A stretch of 64,000 bases of DNA from Cyanophora paradoxa CCMP329 (taxonomy: Eukaryota; Plantae; Glaucophyta), in contig QPMI01000436.1 in assembly GCA_004431415.1 (NCBI GenBank), positions 558,001 to 622,000 of the forward strand. The letters are read 5' to 3'. The position numbers were made by a program, and so were the translations under genes. Below, piece by piece: positions 12,089 to 23,204 of the stretch. The notes beneath the pieces are model-generated. The model did no database searches. It was not told the DNA's origin and saw only the letters and a list, made by a program, of their open reading frames with translations. The first letter of the stretch is position 1; each line of letters begins with the position of its first letter.

Positions 12089-15000
12089 TTAAGGGCCCTC
12101 CTCCATGCAGTCCTCGTCGATAACGACCTGCGGCTGCGCGCGGGCGGGGAAAGGGCGTCGGCGCCGGCGCGCGGAGAGAACGCGGGGCGACGCGGCGCGT
12201 GGCGTGGCACCTCGTCGTCGTCGGGGCAGTCCTCCGGCTCGTGTGGCGCCGTTGCCGCCGGCTGGGCCGGAGCCGCCGCCGCCGGAGCCGCCGGGGCCGC
12301 CGCCGCCGCCGGGGCCGCCGCCGCCGCCGGGGCCCGCGCCCGCGCCCGCCCGGGCTCCTCGCCGCCGGCCAGGGCCAGCGCGGCGGCCATCGGCTCCAGC
12401 GGGCCCCCTCCTCATCCTCCCCTCCTCCTGCATACGCCCCTCCTCCTCATCCTCCTCCTCGTTCTCCTCCTCCTCCTCATCCTCCTCCTCCTCGTCGGAG
12501 CACGGCTCCTGCCCCGGGCGCGACGCGAACGGGACCGGCGGCCGCCGCCGCCCCTCCTCCTCCTCGGCGCCGGCGCGCTGGATCGCGGCGAGCGCGAGGG
12601 CGGGTCCGTCGGCGATGCCGAGGCGCGCCTCGCCCTCGAGGATGAGCCGCTCCTCCTCGGCCTCGACGGCCGCCGCGGCGTGGAGCGGGGCGAGCGCCTC
12701 GGGGCCGCCACCAGCCGCGGGCGTCCGGCAGGACCAGAGGCATGAGCGGCGGCGGGCCCTCCGGGGCGGCGGCGGGGCGCCGGGGCGAGAAGCGGGCGGG
12801 GCGGGGCGGCGGCGAGGGGAGGGGGCGGGCGGGCGCGGGGGGCGCGGAGGGCGGGGCGGGTGGTCGAGGAGCAGGCCGTCGAGGGGCGCCGGCCCGCCCA
12901 GGACGTCCACGAAGCCGAGGAGGGCCGCCTCCAGGGCCGCCGCGGCGTCGGGGGCCCCGGGGCGCCCCACAACAGCGCGTCGGCGGCGGCCGCGGCGGCG
13001 GCGGCGGCGGCGGTGCACGCCCCCGTGCACGCCGGCGGGGCCGCGGAGGAGGAGGACGAGGGGGCGGCGGGGCAGGTGCAGAGGGGCAGCAGGCCGGCGT
13101 CCGACTCGTCGGACGCTGCGCGGGCGGGCGGGGGCGGGCGGCGGCGTCAGATCGGAGCGCGCAGCCAGCGGGCGGGCGGCGCACCGAAGCTGTAGGCGGG
13201 GGAGTGCGGGTTGCTCGAGAAGTCGGACCCCGAGTCGGACGCCTCGTCGTGGATGCGGGGCGAGCCGACCGTCGCGGGCGGCAGCGACCCTGCGGAGGGG
13301 GCGCTCAGGGGCGGGCGGGCGGGGAGGCCCGTGGGAGGGGCGGCGCACCGAGGACGCTGTCGGCGAAGGCTGCGGCGTCCGAAATGTACGCGTCCTCCGG
13401 CGGGGCGGCCGGGAGCGGCGTCGGCGGCGGGGGCGGCGAGGCCGGCTCCGAGCGCGGGGCCCGGATCACGGCCGGCGCCCGCAGCGGTGCGTACGCCTGC
13501 ACGGCCCGCATCCGCGGTGGCGCCGGGAAGAGCGACGGCGGCGGCGGCGAGGAGGAGGAGGACCCGGCGGCCGTCGGCCCCGGCGAGGGGTACCGGAAGC
13601 GGGCCTGGGCGAGGGGTGTAGGGGTGCCGTGGGCGAGGGGCGTCGCTGGAAGGCTGCGGGAGCGGTGGATGTTGCCGGAGGGGGCGAGGGGGCTGGGGTG
13701 GAGGGGGCCCCGGTGGCTGGGGCTCGGCATCGGAGCCAGCTCAGGGCCCCGGGGCGACGGTCGCGGGGCGTACGCCGACTCGAAGAAGGGGGTATGGAAA
13801 TGTGGAGCGAGCCGGCGGCGCCGGCGCCGGCGCCGCCGCGCTCGGGGTCGCTGCTGTAGCCCTCGTGCTCGCCGTACGCGGCGGCGGCGGCGGCGGCGCG
13901 CCGGCCGGCGCGGCGCTCGCGCTCGGCGGCGATCGCCGTGTCCTCCATCATCCGCTGCCGCTTGAGGAGCGAGGCCAGGCCCATCTTGCGGCCCCGGCGC
14001 TTGCCCGAGCCGGCGGCGCCCCGCGGGGTCGTCGGGTTGTGCGCCGGGGACGCTGAGAAGGCGGAGCGGAAGAACTGCGGGTCCGCCGGTCAGGCCCCGA
14101 AAGAAAGAGAAAGGAAAAGGAAAGGAAAGGGGGGACCTGGACGAGGCGGCGCTCGAGGGCGCGCATGGCGGCGGCGTGCGCCTCTCCCGGCTCGAAGTGG
14201 CGCTTGGAGGGGAGGAGCCGCAGCGCGGGGGCGTGCACGGCGCCGACGACGCCGAAGGTCGGGAGGCCCTCGAAGGCGACGTCCGCGAGGACGCCGACCC
14301 GCGCGAAGGGCGCCGCGAGGCGGTTGCGGTGGTACAGGTGGAGGCCCCGCAGGCCCCGCCGCGCCAGCGCCGGCGAGTAGGCGATGAGCGCCCAGCCGTC
14401 GCGGCCCAGGAGGCCCTGCTCCTCGGGGCCGTCTAGGAGCCGCCGGAGGAGCAGGAGCGGGCCCGGGGCCGTCGTGTGGTGCCGAAGGTCCACCGCCTCG
14501 ACGGGCCGCCCGCGGAGGAGGACCGCCGGCGGCCGCAGCGGCGGGAGGTAGAGGAGCGCGAGGAAGGCGCGCAGCGAGGAGGACTCGGCAGCGGGGCCGG
14601 CGAGGAGCGCGTCGGCGCCCTCGGGGCGCGCCGCCCCGTCGACCAGGCGGATGTCCCACGCGTCGCTCCGCCAGTCTAGCTCGTACCGGTGGCTCGGCTG
14701 GCCCGGCGCCGCGGCCGGCCCCGGCGGGGGCGGCGCGGCCGGCGAGGGGGCCCCCCTCTCCGCCTCCTCCTCCTCCTCCTCGCCCTCCTCGGCGATATCC
14801 TCCAGCTCGTGCTCCGCCGCATCGTAGAGCACTTCCTCCTCCTCTTCCTGCGGCGGCGGCGGCGGCCGCGGCGGAGGCCGCGCAGGCTCCTCCGCCCGCG
14901 CCGCGGCCTCCTCTTCCTCATCATCCTCCTCGCCCTCATCCTCCGACATCGCCTCCAGCGGCGGCGGCGATGCCGGCGACTGCTGCGGCTGCGGCAGCGG

Positions 15001-16494
15001 TTGTGCCGGCGGCGCGGCTTCCTGCTGCTGCTGCGGCTCGGCTGGCGGCGCCACCTTGCGGGGCGCCCGCGGGCGCGCTTGACGACGGGCGCCGCCTGCG
15101 AGGCGGCCGCCGGCTGCTGCGCGGGGTTCGCCGCCGCCGCCGCCCTCCACTCCTCGCTGTGATCGCTCGCCTCCGCCGCCTCCGACTCCTCGCCCTGCCC
15201 GGCGTGAAGCGCCGCGACCGCCGCCGCGACGGCCGCGACGGCGCGCTCGCGCTGCTTCCTCCTGCAGCCGGCGTCCCCGGCGGCGCGCGGGCGGCCTTGG
15301 GCGCGGGCCCGGACGGCGGCGGCGGAGCGGGTGCCGCTGCCGCGGGCCGGCGGACGGGGTGCTTGCGGGCGGTGCCGGGGCGGGGGCGGATGGACGGACT
15401 GCACACGGAGGCGGTGGACGACGTGGAGGCGGCGGAGGAGGAGGTGGACGCGACGGACGAGCCGGCGGCGCTGGCGCTGCTGCTCGCAATGCCGCCGCCG
15501 TCGCGGTACGAGGCCGTGCGGCGGAGGTTGAAGATGAGGACGCGCGTGCCGGTCTGCGACGTGATCGCGTTCGCCTGCTGGAAGAGCTCGTCCAGTGAGG
15601 CGAACGGGGTCAGCTTGAAGAGCAGCCGCAGGCGCTCAGCCGCCTCGGAGCTCTCCGTGGCAAGCTCCACGCCGTTCTCGAGCTCGCCGCTGGTGCCAGC
15701 GTCGTCCGCGCCAGATTCGATCCGCGGCGAAGACCGCGTGTCGCCCGCATCGCCGTCGGCATCGCTCGAGCAGAAGGAGCGCTTCGCAGATCTTCTCGGA
15801 GCTGCGAGCCGCCTCCAAGTCACTGCGCGAACACCGCCGTGGTGAGTTGCGAAGTCAAGGGAAAGGACGGAAGGAGCCGTAGGGGGCGATAGGAACAAAG
15901 TACGCGTTCTTATAGATGAAAACAAGCGGTCTAAAAGATGTCAACAAGGAAGGCTGCGGCGCACCGACGACCACGTTCGCGTCGTGCGTAGCGTCCATCA
16001 AGCGCAGAGAGAGCAGCGCGATAGTGAGCGTCTGCTGGCACTTGGTGATGATCAACGCGTCGTCTCCGAGGCGAAGGGACCCTCGCTTGAACCCCATGCC
16101 GAAGCGCCCGAGCCGGGTGGAGTCGTGGCCTTCAGGTTCGTAGCCCCAGCCGACCATCCGCAGGACCGCCTCCTCGCTCATACCTCTTCCATTGTCGGTG
16201 ATAGAGAGGATCGGAGGCGCGCTGCCCCGCTCGATCAGGTCGACCGCTATCCGCGAGGCCTTGGCATCCACGCAGTTGTCCAGCAACTCGGCGATGGCGT
16301 CAAAGGGCCTGCCCCCCCGTCCGCGCGTCGATCAGTACGGCGACTGTAGAGCTGTTCGCGCTCTACAGGCTTGCGGAATCGCCCCCCCATTCGCCAAACT
16401 TGTGGAAGGCGCACCGCTCGTGGAAATGACTCTCACGTCGAAGCAGACCCGCGGCAACGGTCAAACTTGTTGTCTTCTTGGTAAGGAGCGACAT
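12089..16494 (-). CDS. MORC: MORC-family GHKL ATPase with S5 domain and long disordered regions
   Basis: PFDAIAELLDNCVDA, ITDNGRGM, LGRFGMGFKRGSLRLG and GTRVLIFNL, then YELDW..DIRL, SLRAFLALLYL..LRGRPV, GLHLYHRNRL and GVVGAVHA..LLPSKRHF (MORC S5). Probable start MSLLTKK at 16494. The 3' end at 12089 is less certain. Confidence 0.88.
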
Positions 16495-16876
16495 CGCAAC
16501 CGCCCTGCCGCCTTGCGGCCTGCCCGCATCAGGCAGTTAGGCGCTGGCGGGACGGAAGCTGGCCCTCGCCCGCGCACCAGGCCTGCTGGCAGCGACCGCG
16601 ATTCGTACGCAGGGGACAGTCGCTGTCGAACTCAGCAGTCGCGTGGCCGCCCGCCCCTCCCTTCACTTGGGCACCGACGCATAGCCGCTCGGGGGGACTG
16701 GCCTATGCGCTGTCGCAATCGGCTGAAGCTGCTCGTGCGCGAGGAAGCTGCCGCGCTGTGCCGCCTGCGCTGCACGCCACTGAATCGCTCGAGCGACAAG
16801 GAATACGAGTCGCGCCTCTACCCCCCGCAGGAACTCCTACCCCTCCCTGCCAGCTCCGTAAAGCCCGCCGTTCGCA

Positions 16877-17922
16877 ATGGAGCGCTTCCTCGACGACTTT
16901 ACCTCCTCCCCGACCGCCAACCCGAACATCGACGCGTGGCGGAAGACCATGGTCAGCTCCCTCGCCCAACGCGCGCCCCGCACTGCAGCTGAGCGAGCGC
17001 ACGTTCGCTCGCAGCCGTCGGTGATGGACGGCGAGGAGGCCCGGAAGCTCATCCTGGACAAGGTGCGTGGAGCGGCGGCAGTTAAAACCAGAGCGGCCAC
17101 CCAGTCTAGGCGACCTCTGACCTCGCTGCGATGTGCCCTGCAGGTGTCCCAGCACTTCTCGAGCGAGCACGACCGCAACCTCTTCCTGGGGGCTTACTCG
17201 CTCATCAAGGGCACCGAGCTCGGCAAGGTGGCGTTGGCGTTTCTCCGCTCCTGCCGCCCGCAGGTCGCGTGCGGGCGGCCGACGTGTGGATTCCGCACGC
17301 GCAGGCTATCTTCTTCCCCAGCGAGCCGAACTTCTTCGCGTTCGCGCGCTACCTCGAGTGGACCAAGCGCACGATGGGCACGCGCTCAGAATTTGATCCG
17401 TCGTCCCCTCGCCCGACTCACCCCATTCCGTAGATATCTGCGTGTTCACCATCACGGACGACAAGGTGGGCCGCGCTTTCGCGAGCCGCGCGGCCGATCC
17501 CTGAGCTCACGCCCTCGCGCGCGCCGACAGATTTCCAACCGGATCCTCGACGCCCACCGCCGCGGCGTGCGCGTCCGCATCATCACCGACAATGACAAGG
17601 CGAGTTTTCTAGCGCGCAGAGTGCTCCAGGCGAGCTCCAGGCAGCGCGCTGACGCCGCCCGCCCGCCCGCGCGCAGTCGGCGGACCGCGGCTCGGACATT
17701 GAGCGTCTCGCGGACGCCGGCATCCCAATCAAGGTCGACAAGACGGCGGCGCACATGCACAACAAGTTCGCGGTCCTGGACAACAGCATCCTCCTGAACG
17801 GCTCGTTCAACTGGACCGTCTCGGCGGCGCGCGACAACAACGAGAACATCGTCATCACGGACAACGAGCGCATCGTCGCGCAGTTCGCCCGCGAGTTCGA
17901 CGCTCTCTGGGCCAAGTTCTAG
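16877..17922 (+). CDS. PLD6: Zucchini/MitoPLD (PLD6/Nuc-like) single-HKD phospholipase D/nuclease
   Basis: Spliced sequence: AIFFPSE..., DICVFTITDDK|ISNRILDAHRRGVRVRIITDNDK|..., HMHNKFAVLDNSILLNGSFNWTVSAARDNNEN...FDALWAKF*. It contains one HxKxxxxD motif plus GSxN. Confidence 0.9.
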
Positions 17923-18488
17923 ATCTAGGCCCAGCGCTAGGGCCCCCCGGTGAGTCTATATTGAACCAAGCACGAGTGAGGTGAGGTCGCAACCGCTCGG
18001 CCCTGGCCTGCTCGCATGCACGCGCCTGCCTGCCATGCCCTTGCACGCGATTCGTACTACAGCACGCAGCTGCAGGGAAGAAGCGTTTTGATCGAGGGCC
18101 TGCAGGGAATAAGGCCTAAGCCTGGCTGGTAGGCGCCGGCCTTTTGCCTAGGCTGGCGCCTATAGCTAGCATGCGCATGTGCACGCCATGATGCGGCCCG
18201 GGCCGGCGCCGGCAGATGCACAGAGGCTCGGAATTCAGGCCGCCGGGCGTCGACGTTCACTTTAACTACCCTGTTTTTGACCCTAGCCTGGCCCATGCCA
18301 TGATGGCCATGGGGACCCCGGCTGTCGCCTCGCCTCGATCGACGGATCTGGATCCGACCGCCTCGCACTTTTGATCTGGCAAATGCATCTCGCATAAAGA
18401 AATTACGTATACGTAAGCGTGTACAGGGGGTTATCTACATGTAACCTGCGCGCCTAAGACAGACACTCAAAAAAGCGCCCCCGGGGCC

Positions 18489-20971
18489 TCACGCGAGGGC
18501 CGCGGCGTCGGCCTCGGCGGACTCCGCCGCGAGGCCGCCGGCGCCCGAGGCCGCCGCCGCGTCCTCGAGGGACGCGTACAGCTCCTCGAGCTCCTCGGCC
18601 GCCGCCTCCGCCGCCTCCGCCTCCGCCTCCGCCGCCGCCGCCGGGAGCGGCTCGACCTCCATCGCCTCCGCCTCCTCCGCCCCCTCCGTCGCCGCGAAGA
18701 GATCCTCCTCCGAGGGCGGCGCCGCCGTCGCCGCCGCCGCCTCCGAGTCGACCTGGGCGGACCGCAGGGCGCCCAGGCCGGCGATCTTGCAGCCGCGCAC
18801 GATGCCGCCGGCGTCGCTGCACGTCGGCGGGAACTGCGCGGGGTACAGCGTCTAAGAAGAGGAGAAGCCCAAGAAGAAGACTCGGGAGGCCGCACGATGA
18901 CCCGGGAGCCCGAGGCGATGCCGAAGTCGACGTGGCCCGAGGCGGGCGCCAGCGCCCCGTGCTCGTGCGGGTCGTAGATGGCCGCGTCGCCCGGGACGAC
19001 CCCCAGCTTCTGGGCCGCCTTCTCGCCCTTGGCCACGTCCGCCTTCTCCGTTCCGGAGATCTTGGACCACTTGAGCGGGCCCTGAACGTCCACGACCTTC
19101 TCCGCCGCGACGCCCGTGACGACGTACCCCTTCTTCGCCTCCTCGGCGCCCGTGTGGACGTTCTTGGCGACGGCCTTGCCCGGCTGGCGCCCCGCGGGGA
19201 CCGCGCACTCGAAGACCTTGACGGTGCCCAGCTCCTTCCCGGGCACGTAGTAGATGCCGTGGTGCTGGTGAACTTCCTCGCGGGCGTACGTCCCCACGCC
19301 GAGGTTCACGCCGCGCTGCGTGAAGGGCACGGTGCCCGTCTTGGCCACGTCCTGGTGGAAGTCCTTCACGAGGTTGAGGTCGTAGTCGAATACGTAGTCC
19401 TGCCGGCTGATGACCGCCTTGTAGGGCCCCGCCTGGATCGGCTTCGTGCTCTTCACGTCGAACTGCGTCGTGACGCGGAGGAAGTCCCGGAACTCGGCGG
19501 GCACGTCGTCCGGGCAGATGGTGCGGCCCTCGTAGGCGACCGGGATCTTCTGGAGGGGCGCACGCTCCACCTTGTCGTAGTGCACGTCGACGTTCCTGTA
19601 AGGGGAGGCTCAGGAGGCTCCGGGGGGGGGGTAGACGGCGTTTTTTCGGCGCACGAGATGAACTTCTTGGCGGCGTGGTCGGCGTAGTGCTTCTCGGAAG
19701 TGGCGACGGTCTTGAGGTCGGCCACGTGCTTCCCGTACTGCTTCGGCTCCAGCGCCTTGAACTGGGGAGCCGCCGCCTTCTGCTCGACGCGCACCGCGCG
19801 GGTCAGCCGAGCCGGCACAGAAAGAAGGCGGGGGAGGGGGGGGGGGTACCAGGAAGACGTCCTTGCCGGCGCTGACGACGGGCTTCGCCGAGAACTTCTG
19901 CTCGCCCGAGCGAGTGAGTGGGCGGGTGGATGGGGCGGGGAGGGGGGGGGGCGGAGGGGGGGGTACGGCACGGACCTCGACGCGGCCGCCGATGGCCACC
20001 TCGTGCGGCTTGACCTCGTGCGACGTGTACACCGAGCCTGGCCGTAACCCGGCGATCAGATCAAATTGCAAATTGCAAGGGTGGGGCGGGCGGGCGCACC
20101 CCACTCCCGGACGTGCTGCGAGAAGATGTCCTGGCCATCCCTCTGCAGAAGAAGGAAGATTAGAGGCGGGGTCGGAGGCGGGGCTGGGGGCGGGGCGGGG
20201 CCGGGGCGGGGCCTCGGCGCGCCTCGAACTCCTGCTTGATGGTGGCCGTACCCCGGAGCTCCGCCTCACGCGCGTACTTCGCATCTCCCACGACCCGCGC
20301 CTGCACACACGCCGCCGGGCCTCAGCGGAGGCGGAGGGGGCAGCAAAGGCGGAGGCGGAAGGAATAAGGGAACCTTGTCGGTCTGCACGAGCCGCCCAAT
20401 CTCGCTAAAGGGCCGCACGTACTTCGCGTCTGCCACCACAGCGCACTTGCCTGCGCCGCGCCCGGCCCCGTCAGCCCGGCCGGGCAAGGCGCGCGAGCGA
20501 GACGCAGCGAGAAGCTATCCGCGCTCTCTGCGCGTGCTAGTCACGGCGGCCCCCTAGAGCGGACGGCGGGGCCTCCCCGCCGACAAGGAGCCCGTCAGTT
20601 GCAACGCTGGGAGGGAACGGACCCTTCTCGAGGTGCGAGTCGTAGTGGGCAAACTTCCTGCTGTCGTCGTTCGGCTGAACCACGACCCGCGGCTCCGGCT
20701 TCTCCACGATGGGCACCGGGGCCGCGAACCGGATGTTCGGGTCCCCGGTGGCCAGCGCCTCCAGATCCTCATCCCAGTCCGTGTCGATTCCCATCCCGAC
20801 CGGCGCGCTGCCAACCGCGACGGGCTCGCTCACGCGGACCGGCTCCACGGGCGCGGCGCTTGTCGCCTCCGGCTCGGAGTAGGTCTCTGGCGCTGGGGCC
20901 TCGGACACCACCTCCGGGTCCGTTGAAGGCGCGCCCGGCTCCAGGATGAGCGGCGGTTCTTCGGACGCCAT
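18489..20971 (-). CDS. Uncharacterised protein with acidic N- and C-terminal tails
   Basis: ATG at 20971 with an in-frame stop just upstream. Several GC3-rich exons, including a long one at about 18900-19595 (VHYDKVERAPLQKIPVAYEG...). Ends in an E/A-rich tail ...EADAAALA*. No family recognised. Confidence 0.7.
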
Positions 20972-21295
20972 CCCACGGCCAAAGAGCTAGTCGGGCTCCT
21001 AGTCGGGGGTAGACGTACCGCCCCGCTCTGCAAGCAAAGTTGATCGTACCCGGGCTCGGCAGCGCGCGAACCGAGCGAGAGAGGCGCGAGGCGGCGAGGA
21101 AGCGAGGCGCGCGGCCTGAAGAGCACAGCGGATCCGTCGAGCGAAGCGGGAGCAGCCGGCCGAGCGCGTTGACCGCCAAGCGTCGAGCCGGTTCTGCCGA
21201 GCGGCCGTGCGGACCGTAGTCTGCAGGAGGAGGCGTGCGGGAGCTCTGCAAATCCAGCCGCGGCGCCCAGGAGCGCTCCCGTGCACGCCGAGCCA

Positions 21296-22803
21296 ATGAC
21301 GCCTGCCGAGATCTTCACGAAGCATGTCGTCCCGGCTGCAGGTGCGCGGCACCAAATGAATCGCGGCGGCCGCGTGCCGCCCCGGCCCGCCGCCACCCAT
21401 CGCCGCAACCAATCTCCCCCTGACGCCCGCGGCGCCGCATAGGCAACGCGTGCGGGCTGTGCGTGTTCCTCTCTCCCTGGCGCGAGGTGCGAACCCTGCC
21501 GCGTGGCGCGTTCTCGTGGCCGCGCTGCCGCGCGCGCGAGAGAACGACCCCCGAATCGGGCGTGCGGCGCGCTCACCGCGGCCGCGGCGGGCGCGCAGAT
21601 CATGCGCATCGCGAAGACGAACGAGCTGAAGGATCACAACCCGATCGTCTACCCGTTCGTGGTCATCAATTGCCTCTCGTGGGTCCTCTACAGCTACCTC
21701 CTCAAGGACTTCTACGTTTTCTTCGGCAACGGCGTGGGGTACCTCATCGGACTCTACTTCACGCTCATCTGCTACAGGTGCGCCGCTTTCGCGTACCCTC
21801 CCGCCCTCGGCCGCGCCGAGCTCGAGCGCGCGCCGCGCACGCAGGAGCGCGACGCTCGTGCAGAGGCAAATGCAGGAGGCGGTGCGAACGAAGCGGCGCC
21901 CGGCCCGGGACCCCGCGGGCCGGCCCCACCCTTCCCCGCAGCGCCCCGACACCCCGCGCGCAGGTCCTCCTCATCGGCCACTTCGTTCTCTTTGCGGGGG
22001 CCACCGTGCGGCACCCCGTACCCCCCGGGCTCTCCGCCCCCACCTGAGGACGGCCCCCCCCTCAGGTTGCGTTCATCGCGCTTAAGGAGAACGGCATTGG
22101 ACGCGAGATCGCCGGCATCCTGTGCGCTTGTACCCCCGCTCTCCCCCTCCCCCCTCCGCCCTCTCCCTACCGGTACCCCCTCCCCCGCAGCACCATCATC
22201 GCCCTCTGCTCCTTCTACTTCTCCCCCCTCTCCACCCTCTACAAGGCGAGCGTACCCCCGCCTGCCGTGCCGAAGCCGAACCTCACTGTCCCTCTACCCC
22301 CAGGTTGTGAAGCAGAAGAACAGCGTCTACTTCTACGGCCCCATCTCCGCGACGTGCATGGTCAACGGGGCGCTGTGGACCGTCTACGGCTGGGTCATGA
22401 AGGACCCTTACATCTGGGCTCCGAACGGTGCGCGGGCTTCTTTTCAAGCGGCCCGCGCCGCTTGGCGCGGGTCGGGTCCGATCCCTTCCGCCCTCGCAGC
22501 CGTGGGCGCATTTACGGGCGCTCTCCAGCTTGTTTTGAAGGTCGGCCCCTGGCGCCAGCGCCAGCGCCCCCCGGTCCTAAATGCTTCGAATTCTATTCTG
22601 ATCCGTCGACGTCCCCGCAGGCGGTCTTCCCGTCTAAGGAGCTGACGGCGGCGGAGAAGGACGGCAGCGCCTTCATCGAGATCCAGACGGTCGGGACCGG
22701 GGGCGACGGCAAGGGGACGCCCACCGCCCACAACAGGCACTTCTCGCTCGGCACGGGCGACGCGGACCACAAGGGGCCGCACGACGCCCTCTCTATCATA
22801 TAG
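21296..22803 (+). CDS. SWEET: SWEET (MtN3/saliva) sugar transporter
   Basis: First MtN3 repeat: MTPAEIFTKHVVPAAG|..FLSPWRE|IMRIAK..NPIVYPFVVINCLSWVLYSY..NGVG. Second repeat: FYFSPLSTLYK|VVKQKNS..NGALWTVYG..DPYIWAPN|AVG..LQL. Confidence 0.92.
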
Positions 22804-23204
22804 CGCTCTTAGATACCGCGGCCGCACCGTTACGTAGGCGCCTGTCAAAGGCGCCAGCATTTCGTTCTCGCGCGCCCGGCCGCGGCCCCGCGCGCTGCGG
22901 CGCCAGGAGGGGAAGGGAATCCTGGGGATCCGAACCCGGTCACATTGTCGTTTGGCCAGGTATATACGTAGCTAGCTCGTTCCCGTCGACTAGCAGCCGA
23001 GCAGCTCAGTGCTACACAGGCCGAGCAGCTCAGTGCTACACAGCAGCGAAGCACGCCGATAGCCTCCGAAGCGGCCGTAGCCTCGCGCGCGTCGGGAATT
23101 CGCCACGCCATATGCGCAGGCAGGAAGGCCGGCCCGTAGGTGATCTGGGCTCGATCAAGGCCTGCAGCTGAGCACGGCGGCGACGGCAGTGGCCCAGTCG
23201 CGCG

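Noticed and set aside
12002-15845. Long + strand ORFs of 247-584 aa
   Set aside because: Antisense shadows of the GC-rich MORC gene, with R/P/G/A-rich translations and no domains.
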